A stretch of DNA of 64,000 nucleotides from Chiloscyllium plagiosum. Lineage: Eukaryota. Shown here piece by piece: positions 1 to 11,339 of this stretch. Made by a program: the position numbers and the translations under genes. The notes under the pieces were generated by a model that did no database searches, was not told the DNA's origin, and was given only the letters and a program-made list of their open reading frames with translations. Each line of letters begins with the position of its first letter. Within the stretch, counting starts at the first letter, position 1. The DNA is taken from positions 33,366,699 to 33,430,698 of the forward strand of contig NC_057718.1 in assembly GCF_004010195.1 (NCBI RefSeq). The letters are read 5' to 3'.

Positions 1-470
1 TTGGAGGCGGTGGATGGGAGATCCCCTGAGGTGATGAGTTTATGGATGGTCTGGGAGATGATGGTTTGGTGGTGGGAGGTGGGGTCATGGTCAAGGGGGC
101 AGTAGGAGGAGGTGTCTGTGAGCTGGCGTTTAGCCTCAGCAATGTAAAGATCGGTGCGCCAAACTATCACCGCGCCTCCCTTGTCTGCCGGTTTGATAGT
201 GAAGTTGGGGTTGGAGCGGAGGGAGTGGAGGGCTGCACGTTGCGAGTGTGAGAGGTTGGAGTGGGTGAGAGGGGTGGACAGGTTGAGGCGGTCAATGTCA
301 CAGCGGCAGTTGGCTATGCGGAGATCGAGGGCAGGTAAGAGGCCAGCACGGGGTGTCCAGCTGGATGGGGTGTGTTGGAGGCGGGAGAAGGGGTCATCAG
401 AGGGTGGGCGGGAGTCCTGGTTGAAGAAGTAGGCGCGGAGGCAAAGGCGGCGGAAGAATTGTTCGATGTC
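1..470 (-). mobile_element. Penelope-like element, N-terminal RT region (open frame, runs off the window)
   Basis: Manual minus-strand translation is stop-free: DIEQFFRRLCLRAYFFNQ...RSNPNFTIKPADKGGAVIVWRTDLYIAEAKRQL...; IKPADKG is the hallmark PLE RT motif. Missing from the ORF track. Confidence 0.9.
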
Positions 471-544
471 GAACCGGGCTGATCAATCAAGGCACCAGGA
501 ACAACAAAGGCCTACTTTGCAATTAACTATGCAAATAATTCTTC

Positions 545-930
545 ACTAACACCTGGGAATTATGCCAAAATTGTGAGAGCTATCTCACAGATTCATTAAA
601 CAACAGTCTGATGGAATAATACTTACCACCAAATAATGTATTACAGCCAACATCCCATACTCTTCCTGGGTAAAAACAGTGCTGGAGAAATGCAGCGGTG
701 GTGTACAGCCAAGAGGAAGTTGCCCCTTCAAAGTCTGACTCTGGACTTCATGAAGACTCATGGCACCATGAAACCTGCGTGAGGACCTCCATTGATTACC
801 ACCAATGCCTGAATCCTGAAGGACATACTTGCTGTACTGCGCCTATGGCAAGTCATGAGGGAACAAGAGGGAAAGACTTATTTGACCTCACCTTCATTAA
901 CATACCTGGCTGATCTTCTTCCTCACTTCC
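545..930 (+). mobile_element. Old LINE (family B) APE-endonuclease fragment, heavily decayed
   Basis: Decayed PKL..ELSHR..KQQ.D..IL-like EN N-terminus; resembles the minus-strand fragment at about 20200-20550. Confidence 0.5.
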
Positions 931-949
931 ACCTTCCCACAAAGTCACA

Positions 950-1071
950 TAAGACCACAAATAATAGGAACAGGAGTAGGCCATTCAGCCTCTCAAGCCA
1001 GCTCCACTATTCAATAGGATCAAGAGTGATCCAACACTCTTCATGTCTGCTTTCCTTCCATTACCCCATAA
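950..1071 (-). mobile_element. 3' end of an older CR1 LINE, split by the younger CR1; continues at 5681-6040
   Basis: ataggaacaggagtaggccattcagcc tail motif; sequence resumes after 5680 with aagaatctatctaactcagcc. Confidence 0.65.
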
Positions 1072-2447
1072 TAGAGTCATAGTGTCATAGAGAAGTACAG
1101 CATGGAAACAGACCCTTCGGTCCAACACATCCATGCCGACCAGATATCCCAACCCAATCTAGTCCCACCTGCCAGCATCCGGCCCATATCCCTCCAAACC
1201 CTTCCTATTCATATACCCATTCAAATGCCTTTTAAATATTGCAATTATACCAGCCTCCACCACTTCCTCAGACAGCTCATTCCATACATGTACCATCCTC
1301 TGTGTGAAAAAGTCACCCCTTAGGTCTCTTTTATATCTTTCCTGTCACCCTAAACCTATGCCCTCTAGTTCTAAACTCCCCACATCCCAGGGAAAAGACT
1401 TTGTCTATTTATACTATCCATGCCCCTCATAATATAGTTCCCTGGCTTGTCCTTACCACTGTATTAGGTCAACCCTCAGCCTCCGATGCTCCAGGGAAAA
1501 CAGCCCCAGCCTGTTCAGCCTCTCCCTGTAACTCAAATCCTCCAACCCTGGCAACATCCTTGTAAATCTTTTCTGAACCCTTTCAAGTTTCACAACATNC
1601 AACATGACCTCCCAACTCTTGTACTCAATATTCCGACCAATAAAGGAAAACATACCAAACACCTTCTTCAATATACTATCTACCTGCAACTCCACTTTCA
1701 AGGAGCGATGAACCTGCACTCCAAGGTCTCCTTGTTCAGCAACACTCTCTCGGACCTTACCATTAAGTGTATAAGTCCTACTAACATTTGCTTTCCCAAA
1801 ATGCAGCACCTCGCATTTATCTAAATTAAACTCCATCTGCCACTTCTCAGCCCATTGGCTCATCTGATCAAAATCCTGTTGTAATCTGAGGTAACCTTCT
1901 TCAATGTCCACTACACCTCCAATTTTGGTCTCATCTGCAAACTTACTAACCATATCTCTTATGCTCACATCCAAATCATTTATTTAAATGACAAAAGGTA
2001 GAGGGCCCAGCACCGATCCTTGTGGCACTCCACAGCTCACAGGTCTCCAGTCTGAAAAACAACCTTCCACCTCCATCCTCTGTCTTCTACCTTTGAGCCA
2101 GTTCTGTATCCAAATGGCTAGTTCTCATTGTATTCCATGAGATCTAACCTTACTAACCAGTCTCTCATGGGGAACCTTGTCAAAAGTCTTACTGAAGTCC
2201 ATATAGATCACATCTACTGCTCTGCCCTCATCAATCTTCTTTGTTACTTCTTCAAAAAACTCAATCAAGTTTGTGAGACATGATTTCCCATGCACAAAGC
2301 CATGTTGACTATCCCTAATCAGTCCTTGCCTTTCCAAATACATGTACATCCTGTCCCTCAGGATTCTCTCCAACAACTTGTCCTCCACTGACATCAGGCT
2401 CACTGCTCTATAGTTCCCTGGCTTGTCCTTACCACTTTTCTTAAACA

Positions 2448-3667
2448 GGATTTGGTACGTTTTGGTGCAGCCGTTTGGTTGCCGGCGTTGCGGCACAGCC
2501 GTTTGGGCGACAAACTTATTTGGCGCCAGCCCATTTGGCGACGGACGTTTGGCACTAAGAACATTTCTTTATTTGTAAATCTGTCTATATGGACAGCTTT
2601 AGTGTCACAAAATTACAATATATCTGTTATATAACCATCTGTATGTTGAATAACCACACATGTTTATCGAATGGTGTAGATAAGTTTAATTTCAACATAA
2701 ATATACTACTTGTACATATGAACATATAATTGCATGCATTTTTTTCTACTAAGTGTTTTTGTATATAGTAATTGAGCAGGCAGCCTCGAAAAGACCAATA
2801 GGTATGTTGCTGTTTGCTCTTCCTTTGTATTCCTTTGTATAAATTGAGCTAGTACATATTTGGAAACAGGAAAACTAGTCTCTCCTCGTTTAGCTGCTTG
2901 CTCAGGCTACAGTTAGTCCTTAGCCTCAGTTGAGTTAACTGTGGGTGCGCTGCCACAAATGTTTCGTTCTTTTGCCATCTTGTTTTTTTTATGGTTTTGT
3001 CCATATGATGGCTGAGGAGGTATTAACAAAACATGGAAAAGAAAAATTTGCGCATAATGGATTCCTCTACATCTCTATTTCTCCATGAGATCTGGAACCT
3101 TCATCAGAGAACATTAAACAGGTAAGACCGCACAAACAATCATGCGGAGGCAGCCAACTGTCGATTACAATGTGAACTTAGCATGCAACATCCCACCATA
3201 TGGAAATTAATATTGGCCTGCGTAAAGTACAGAAAGATAGAGATGCATATTATGAAGGGTTACTAGCTGGGCATGAACCACCACAGAAACTAAAAAAGTA
3301 TAGAGATGCAGATAGAAGAATACATGAAACTGTTCTTAGAATTGAAAACATGGATATTATCGAGTACTTGAGGAGCCTTGCTCATAATTACTAAATGACC
3401 TAAATAAAGCTACGTAAATAAAGCTAAATAAAGCTAGTAATTAACAGATTTAATGTTTTTAGTGATCAACAGATTTAATGTTTTTATTTTTCAATAAAGT
3501 TAGTTTTAAAACTTTTTAAAGCTCTACCTTTGAATGAATATGAATCAATCAACATTTTTTTCCTATGAATCAATCAACATTTTTTCCTAGCGCCAAAACA
3601 TCCGTCGCCAAATGGGCTGGCGCCAAAACGCAGGCGCCCAAACGGCTGTGCCCAATCGTCCCAATCC
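2448..3667 (+). mobile_element. Internally deleted Mutator-like (MULE/MuDR) DNA transposon
   Basis: Imperfect CpG-rich TIRs (2448-~2560 and ~3588-3667, e.g. ttggcgccagcccatttggcgacgga at both ends); 9 extra bp at the target (tcttaaaca / gctaaaaaa); transposase remnants inside. Confidence 0.85.
3005..3394 (+). pseudogene. MULE transposase remnant: FLYWCH-like start fused to the C-terminus, catalytic core deleted
   Basis: MMAEEVLTKHGKEKFAHNGFLYI, then (frame shift) LFLHEIWNLHQRTLNR*DRTNNHAEAANCRL..QHPTIWK, then GLRKVQKDRDAYYEGLLAGHEPPQKLKKY..EYLRSLAHNY; RTNNxxE..HPxIW is typical of MULE transposase C-termini. Confidence 0.8.
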
Positions 3668-5680
3668 GCTAAAAAAGTGGTGCCACATTAGCCAACCTCC
3701 AGTCTTCCAGCACCTCACCTGTGACTATCGCTGATACAAATATCTCAGCAAGAGGCCCAGCAATCACTTCTCTAGCTTCCCACAGAGTTCTAGGGTACAC
3801 CTGATCAGGTTCTGGGGATTTATCCACCTTTACCTGTTTCAAGACATCCAGCACTTCCTCCTCTGTAATATGGGCATTTTTCAAAATGTCACCATCTATT
3901 TCCCCACATTCTATATCTTCCACGCTCTTTTCCACAGTAAATACTGATGCAAAATACTCGTTTAGAATCTCCCTCATCTCCTGTGGCTCCACAGAAAGGC
4001 CGCCTTGCTGATCTTTGAGGGGCTCTATTCTCTCCCGAGTTACCCTTTTGTCCTTAATGTATTTGTAAAAACCCTTTGGATTCTCCTTAATCCTATTTGC
4101 CAAAGTTATCTCATGTCCCTTTTTTGTCCTTGTGATTTCCCTCTTAAGTATACTCCTTCTGCCTCTTTACTCTTCTAAGGATTCACTCGATTTATTCTGT
4201 CTATACCTTACATATGTTTCCTTCTTTTTCTTAACCAAACCCTCAATTTCTTTAGTCATCCAACATTTCCTATACGTACCAGCCTTTCTTTTCACCCGAA
4301 CAGAAATATACTTTCTCTGGATTCTCGTTATCTCATTTCTAAAGGCTTCCCATTTTCCAGCCATCCCTTTACCTGCGAACTTCTGCTCCTAATCAGCTTT
4401 TGAAAGTTCTTGCCTAATACCGTGAAAATTGGCCTTTCTCCAATTTAGAACTTCAACTTTTAGATCTGGTCTATCCTTTTCCATCACTATTTTAAATCTA
4501 ATAGAATTATGGTCATTGGCCCCAAAGTGACACCTCCGTCACCTGCCCTGCTTTATTTCCCAAGAGTAGGTCAAGTTTTGCACCTTCTCTAGTAGGTACA
4601 TCCACATACTGAATCAGAAAATTTTCTTGGATACATTTAACAAATTCCTCTCCATCTAAGCCCTTAATACTATGGCAGTCCCAGTCTATGTTTGGGAAGT
4701 TAAAATCCTCTGACTATTAGGGGGTCTATAATACAATCCCAATAAGGTGACCGTCCCTTTCTTATTTCTCAGTTCCACCCAAATAACTTCCCTGGATGTA
4801 TTTCCAGGAATATCCTCCCTCAGCACAGCTGTAATGCTATCCCTTATCAAAAATGCCACCACCCCCTCCTCTCTTGCCTCCCTTTCTATCCTTCCTGGAG
4901 CATTTGTATCCTGGAACATTAAACTGCCAGTCCTGCCCATCCCTGAGCCATGTTTCTGTAATTGCTATGATATCCCAGTCCCATGCTCCTAACCATGCCC
5001 TAAATTCATCTGCCTTTCCTGTTTAGGCTCCTTGCATTGAAATAAATACAGTTCAATTTATTAGTCCTATCTTGTCCCTGCCTGCCCTGACTGTTTGACT
5101 CTCTTCTATTCTCAACTGTACCAGTCTCAGATTGCTCTCTTTCCTCACTATCTCCCTGGTCCCACACCAGCCCCCGACCTTGCTAGTTTATATCCTCCCA
5201 AGCAGCTCCAGCAAATCTCCCTGCCAGTATATTAGTCCCCTCCCAATTTAGGTGTGATCAGTCCTTTTGTACAGGTCACTTCTACCCCAAAAGAGATTCC
5301 AATGATCCAAAATGTGAATCCTTCTCCAATACACCAGCTCCTCAGCCATGCATTCATTTGCTCTATCCTCCTATTCCTACCCTCACCAGCTCACAGCACT
5401 GGGAGTAATCCAGATATTACTACTCTCGAGGACCTCCTTTTTAAATTCCGGCCTAACTCTCTGTAATCTCTCTTCAGAAGTTCAACTTTTTCCCTTCCTG
5501 TGGCGTTAGTTCCAATGTGGACAATGACCGCCTGCTGGCCCCTCTCCCCCTTGAGAACATTCTGCACCCTCTCTGAGACATTCTTGATCCTGGCACCAGG
5601 GAAGCAACATGCCATTCTGATTTTTTGCTGCTGGCCACAGAAACATCTGTCTGCACCTCGGACTAGAGAGTCCCCTATAA

Positions 5681-6040
5681 TCCTTGAAGAATCTATCTAA
5701 CTCAGCCTTAAATATGCACAAGGTCTTTGTCCCCACAGCTCTCAGTGCCAAGGTGTTCCAAAGACTCTCAACCCTCTGACAGAAGAAATTCCTCCTCATC
5801 TCTGTCTTAAATTGTTGCCCCTTTATTCTAAGACTATCCTTCTGGTCCTAGAGTCTCTAAGGAGGGGAACATCATCTCACCATTTACTCTATTATGTCCT
5901 TTAAGAATCCAATATATTTCAATGAGATCACTTCCCATTCTTCTAAACTCTAGTGAGTAGAATCCCAACCCATTTAACCTTTGCTCATAAGACCTTTCCT
6001 CTATAATAGGGATCATCCTAGTGAACCCTCTTTGAACTGC
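5681..6040 (-). mobile_element. Older CR1 LINE RT C-terminal fragment
   Basis: ORF 5834-6016 SYEQRLNGLGFYSLEFRRMGSDLIEIY; 5506-5799 begins RRNFFCQRVESLWNTL. Confidence 0.85.
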
Positions 6041-6168
6041 GTCAATTTGTGTTCTAGTAATACATTATTTCCAGTTCCATGAGTCCAACTCTTGCATAAT
6101 AAAAAATTCTCAAATTTAATGTACCCTTCAGTTTTTAGATGCTACACAGCTAACAAATTATTTTGAAG

Positions 6169-6319
6169 TCATGATTAGAGTGGTGCTGGAAAAGCACAGC
6201 TTTTGCCCGAAACGTCGATTTCCCTGCTCCTCGGATGCTGCCTGACCTGCTGTGTTTTTCCAGCACCACTCTAATCTTGACTCTAATCTCCAACATCTGC
6301 AGGTCCTTACTTTCACCTG
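6169..6319. mobile_element. PLE-derived palindromic mini-element (family A)
   Basis: gattagagtggtgctggaaaa / ttttccagcaccactctaatc inverted arms; partial hammerhead gcccgaaacgtcgatt; TSD aat(t/c)attttgaag at 6156-6168 and 6320-6332. Confidence 0.8.
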
Positions 6320-6484
6320 AATCATTTTGAAGCTCGGTTACTATTGAGTCAAAGTAAAGTTCCAAAAATAAACAAAAAGCCTCCATTACAAACTTACAAG
6401 TATATGAAAGCATGAAATTAAAGCTATGTATAACTTTTGTATGAAATCAAACAAATCATCATAAGAAACAGACATGCTAATAGA

Positions 6485-6620
6485 CCAAAAACTGCTGGAC
6501 AAATTCAGCATGTTTGGCAGGATCTGTGGAGAGAGAAAATCACAGTTAATGTTTCGAGTCCAGTGACGTCTTGTTACAAAGGTTTTTTTTTCAATGGATG
6601 CAGATGTACTGGAAGCAGTC
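6485..6620 (-). mobile_element. PLE pLTR fragment (family B), decayed
   Basis: ctgctggacaaattcagc..tgtggagagagaaa..gttaatgtttcgagtccagtgac, similar to 38480-38770. Confidence 0.55.
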
Positions 6621-7829
6621 AGGAATGTGTAGAGACTACAGATAAGAGTACTACATTTTTTTTAACTTAAAACTAATAATATCACAGTAGTATCTATTTT
6701 CTGACATTTTCTCAGCCAGACATAATGCATTCTGGTAAAATTCACTCATGTTATATGACACCAGTGTTCGTAGCTTTGTTTTATTATCATATGTTATCTT
6801 CATTTTACTGATTATACAGTGATATTGAACACTTATGTTAGCTTAGAGTGTCATCTTCCTGTTCTGCAGCAACAAAAATATTGCAGGCTGCAATTCTCAC
6901 TGAAATTTAGATTGCTAAATGTAATTTCCATTTTAAGAAACAGTCCATGATAGTTAAACAAACTTTACAAGATTTATTCTTTTTAGTTCTGAGTGTCTTA
7001 ATCTTTTTTGTATAAACATTATTCAACTAGAACTGCAAAATGACTTTGGATTTCAATCATTAATATACATTTAAAAGTTTTGTTGTTATATTTTAAATTA
7101 TGCAACAAACAGTGATAACAAGAGAGTCTTTACTTATTACAACTTTTCCACTCATCAACTCACTGTCCAGTTTTGATGAGGGGGAAGGCAAATACAAAAT
7201 TTTAAATTTCCTTCATCAATCTGTTGCATTTATTAGAAAACACGTTTTGAGTTCATGCTATTTGAAGCACAATTGACCAATAAAGCTTTACAGTAATAAG
7301 ATTTTATTCACATTTATAACTAAAGATAATCATTGAAATTAGAGACACTGAAAAGTAAGGTATTAAAAAAAGCAGTGTATTCCTGCAGTGCTTCCTTTGG
7401 TTGATAAACAACTATTTAATTGCAGTGTTGAAGTTCCAATGTGCTAATCACATCTCATTTGAGAACAAACAATTTGCACTCAATTCATATGCATGCCACA
7501 TCAGTTATCTGGACTGCATTAAAGTACTCAATTATGACTATGGAACTATTAATTTTATTTTTGGATAAACAGCATTAAAGTTCCTGTTTTTGTATCAACT
7601 AAGAAAAAAGCATTTTGTTGTAATTGGGTCAGAATTTTGAGCTTAGCATCCAAAGAACAAAACAAATCTCAACGAGGCTTTAACTGCACGCTCCTGAAAT
7701 TAAGCTCTCATTGGTCCAGCACCCCATTTTCACTCTCAATCAGGGATATAATATAGACTAATGCAACAAATGTCACTACTGTTTGAAAAGCCGCAGTGAA
7801 ACTTTGAACAAAAAGTGCAGACATAGTCC

Positions 7830-8022
7830 TCTGTGAGATGATGGTGTAAAGGTAAAAACCCCTTACTCAGGCTGCTCTGTCATTGAAGAGACATCTGGAG
7901 ACAAGAGGAGAGGTTGAAAAATAAAATCCTTCATATTATCCTTAGTTGGTGTTGGAACCAAACTCACAGTTTAGGTGCTATTCGGCATTGCAGCCCTGTC
8001 ATCCAACCAACTGAGCTAACTG
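7830..8022 (-). mobile_element. tRNA-derived SINE, decayed; same family as 34381-34570
   Basis: Reverse complement begins ttagctcagttggttgg (A-box-like) and shares body sequence with 34381-34570. Confidence 0.5.
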
Positions 8023-8105
8023 ACTGTACTCTCTATACTAGTCTGTTAAAGAGATTAGAAAAGGTTCTCGTTATTGATTCTTCTTGTTGACTCAGCAACG
8101 TAACA

Positions 8106-8548
8106 GAGGTAAAAACAATGACTGCAGATGCTGGAAACCAGATTCTGGATTAGTGGTGCTGGAAGAGCACAGCAATTCAGGCAGCATCCAAGGAGCTTCG
8201 AAATCGACTTTTCGGGCAAAAGCCCTTCATCAGGAATAAAGGCAGTGAGCCTGNNNNNNNNNNNNNNNNNNNNNNNNNNNNNNNNNNNNNNTCCTACCTG
8301 CCTATCTCCTTTTCCACCTATCCACTCCACCCTCTCCTCCCTGACCTATCACCTTCATCCTCTCCCCCACTCACCCATTGTACTCTATGCTACTTTCTCC
8401 CCACACCCACCCTCCTCTAGCTTATCTCTCCACGCTCCAGGCTCACTGCCTTTATTCCTGATGAAGGGCTTTTGCCCGAAAAGTCAATTTCGAAGCTCCT
8501 TGGATGCTGCCTGAACTGCTGTGCTCTTCCAGCACCACCAATCCAGAA
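8106..8548. mobile_element. PLE-derived inverted-repeat element (family A) with hammerhead motifs on both strands
   Basis: Arms of about 115 bp are near-perfect inverted repeats (N-gap inside the left arm); TSD tcagcaa(c/t)gtaaca at 8092-8105 and 8549-8562. Confidence 0.9.
8454..8489 (+). ncRNA. Minimal type I hammerhead ribozyme motif (PLE-associated); mirror copy at 8202-8237 on the minus strand
   Basis: attc-CTGATGA-a-GGGC-tttt-GCCC-GAAA-agTC; core and stem II intact, helix III palindrome ACGT mutated to AAGT. Confidence 0.7.
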
Positions 8549-8649
8549 TCAGCAATGTAACAACTTGAATTAAAAATATTTCACTTCTTAAAAAAAGATG
8601 TTCTTAAAGTTCAATTAACAACATGCTCATATTGCAAGAAAGTGGTCAT

Positions 8650-8922
8650 AAGACTGAAAAATTCCAAGGCATTATTTAAAAAAAAGATTGGGGATTGTTT
8701 CTGTGTTCTGGCCAATATTTATCACTCACTCAACATCACAAATCCTACCTTATCTGGTCATTATTGTATCATTGATTATGGGAGCATATGTTATACAAAA
8801 TGGCTGCTGTGTTTCCTATTGTCTCCTATTTGAACTACATTTCAAAAGTACTTAATTGGCTGAAGCACTTTGAGTTGTCCACTGGTTAATAAAAGCACTA
8901 TATAAATTAAAGTATCTTTCTT
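8650..8922 (+). mobile_element. SacSINE1/DeuSINE-type ancient SINE, 3' half
   Basis: ggccaatatttatc..tatctggtcatt..tggctgctgtgtttcct..ttcaaaagtacttaattggctg..ctatataaat; other copies at about 16370-16590 (-) and 20880-21125 (+), and a 5' part at 16930-17080. Confidence 0.7.
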
Positions 8923-8949
8923 ACTCAAAACAATCACATTTTAAATTCA

Positions 8950-9720
8950 CATATGGGATGTGGGTATGACTGGCTAAGTTAGTATTTATTGTCCATCCAT
9001 AATTGCCATTTAAAAGCCACCTTCTCAAACTGATCCAATCCTTGGGGTTTAGGGATGACCACAATGCTATAAGGAAGGGATTTTCAGGCTTTGATCCACT
9101 AGCAGTGAAGAGACAGCAATGTAATTTCAGATCAGGTAAGTTGTTGGGGAAATGCAGGTGATGCTGTTCCCATGCCCTTCTGGATGGTAGTGTCACAGGT
9201 TTGGAGGGATGCATTCATTTAGGCAACTGGACAGTAATCCACTACACTCTTGATGTGTGCAAGGTAGATCATGGATAGGCATTGGTGAGATAGGAAATAA
9301 GTTACTTGCCACAGAATTCGTAGCCTCTATTCTGCTCTTGGAGCCATAGTATTTATATGGCTGGTCCAGTTTAGCTCTTGGACAATGGTAACCCCCCCCC
9401 AAGAGTGTTAATAGTGGGAAATTTGTTGATGGTAATGCCTTGAATGGCAAGAGCAGATGGTTAGATTATCTTTCGTTAGAGATGGTCATTCCTTGGCACT
9501 TATATATCAAGAATGTTACTTACCAGTGTTCAGTCTAAGTCCAGAAATTTCTAGGTTTTTGGTGTAAATGGCCATGGGTTGCTTCAGAATGGATGGAGTT
9601 GTGAATAGTGCTCAACATTGTACAATCATTAGGGAACATCCCTACTTCTGACCAAATGGTGGAAGAAAGGTGTTTGATAGAATAGCTAAATATAGTTGGG
9701 TCTTGAACAATGTATTAGAG
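8950..9720 (-). mobile_element. Old LINE family B, 3' portion
   Basis: atgggatgtggg..tatttattgtccatcc 3' tail (reverse complement) followed by decayed RT sequence; similar to 17100-17990 and 63820-64000. Confidence 0.65.
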
Positions 9721-9833
9721 CAACCTAAGAATGTTTTTTTGTGATACAATGGTAGCCCCCCTACCCTTGGGGCAGAAAGCCTAGCTTCAGGTTCCACATG
9801 TTCTTGATCTGTGAACTACCATGACAGAACACC

Positions 9834-10524
9834 GTACCACCGTACTACAAGTGTAATTAATGTTAATTTCTTTTGGGGATAAACTTTATTTGCAATCTAA
9901 ACCCGACAGGCAGTGGGTTTCCTCCGGGTGCTCCGGTTTCCTCCCACAGTCCAAAGATGTGCAGGTCAGGTGAATTGGCCATGTTAAATTGTCCGTAGTG
10001 TTAGGTAAAAAGGGGGACATGTAGGGGTATGGGTGGGTTGCGCTTCGGCGGGTCGGTGTGGACTTGTTGGGCCAAAGGGCCTGTTTCCACACTGTAAGTA
10101 ATCTAATCTAATCTAAAAAAAAGGTTGATTACAAACATCTGCAAGAACAACCAAGAAAATTATTTGAATATTGCGAGAGGAATGTTGTCCATGATGATTA
10201 GTAGATAGGAGCAGAACAGTGGAATTGTAATTGAATATTCTAAAGTTTCAGGAATCAGGGAACATTTTTCACAGAGCATTCTCTGTGAAGAGTATGGTTA
10301 AATTTGTAAGAGGGCCGTCGAAGTTGTTTTATGTTCTTTTATGTCCTTATCTGCAGGGTTTTAGTGAAAATAAAAGTTGACAGCTGTTTGGAAATATGTT
10401 GCATATCACTCAAAATGTTTATTTGTATTGGTCTTTAACTGCTGAATTTTGTAATGTACCACCGTACTACAAGTGTAATTAATGTTAATTTCTTTTGGGG
10501 ATAAACTTTATTTGCAATCTAAAC
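9834..10524 (+). repeat. 69-bp exact direct repeat (9834-9902 and 10456-10524)
   Basis: gtaccaccgtactacaagtgtaattaatgttaatttcttttggggataaactttatttgcaatctaaac read identically at both sites. Confidence 0.95.
9903..10122 (+). mobile_element. 5'-truncated HE1-type SINE
   Basis: gtgggtttcctccgggtgctccggtttcctcccacagtccaaagatgtgcagg body, CR1-like tail gggcctgtttccacactgta and (aatct)n end. Confidence 0.9.
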
Positions 10525-10929
10525 GCAGTGGGGACCGTTAAAACGTGAGGTGGCATCAATTGGATACAACTTTCATGCCCAGCCTTAACTTGGATTTGCA
10601 GTCAGTGCAGCACGAAATACCCTCAGAATGGGGTTCTTTCTGATGTTGAAAACTAAATCAGAAAATCCAGCGAGCTCGCATGATTCTTCAAGACCTACAG
10701 CAGGACCTTAAAATGAGGCGGGACAGGGAGTATGTATTGCATCGGGAGACAGATGGCGCAGCAAAAGGTCACAGGATTTTCACTAAATTCCCCAGATTCT
10801 GTTATAATGTGCAGGAGATGCTAATAACCATCACAAAGGAAATCGCCTTCCCGATGGATGATTGACAAGTGTCAAGCTAAATCAATAGACCGATTTTGGG
10901 GCTGTGTTGACAATGCCAATGTCATCACC

Positions 10930-11074
10930 TGATTTAGAGATGCTGGTGTTGGACTGGGGTGTACAAAGTTAAAATACACACAACACCAGGTTATGGTCCA
11001 ACAGGTTTAATTGGAAGCTAGTGTGCTTCCAATTAAACCTGCTGGACTATAACCTGGTGTTGTGTGATTTTTAA
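10930..11074. mobile_element. Palindromic mini-element, probably from another PLE family, hammerhead core deleted
   Basis: cacaacaccaggttatggtccaacaggtttaattggaagc / gcttccaattaaacctgctggactataacctggtgttgtg hairpin; exact 13-bp TSD caatgtcatcacc at 10917-10929 and 11075-11087. Confidence 0.8.
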
Positions 11075-11339
11075 CAATGTCATCACCGTTATTATCAAAA
11101 CCTGGTCATCATCGAGAACGAAAGAAGTTACAGTGATGTGACCGCAACAGCCGTTTTACAGCTCCCTCGTTCAATCTATGTTATTCTTCTCTGCTTTTCT
11201 ATGGCTGTTTTGAAGTCTGCAGCGAACTCTTCCTGATTGCACTAACACCCTCTGAAATACTGTGGACTTATTCCTTGGTTACTGCTGCTTCCCGTCACCA
11301 AAGCACATTATGTTAACCTGTTGCAAACCCTTAGACAAG

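Larger units (their letters stand above)
1072..5680 (-). mobile_element. Near-full-length CR1/HER1-type LINE (family 1): ORF1 SGNH esterase plus ORF2 EN/RT, decayed, interrupted by a MULE at 2448-3667
   Basis: ORF pieces: CFPGARIKNV..VIVHIGTN (esterase, 5391-5615), GLYYRPPNS (EN), DKSPEPD, GNYRAVSL..QHGF..DFSKTFDKV, KFADETK (RT); (AGAGTCAT)n 3' tail at about 1072-1090. Confidence 0.95.

Noticed and set aside
3400..3590. Short tandem duplications (taaataaagc, aacagatttaatgttttt, tatgaatcaatcaacattttt)
   Set aside because: Slippage repeats in the MULE 3' region; not an independent feature. The same applies to aaatgtggttgac x2 at about 24587-24616.
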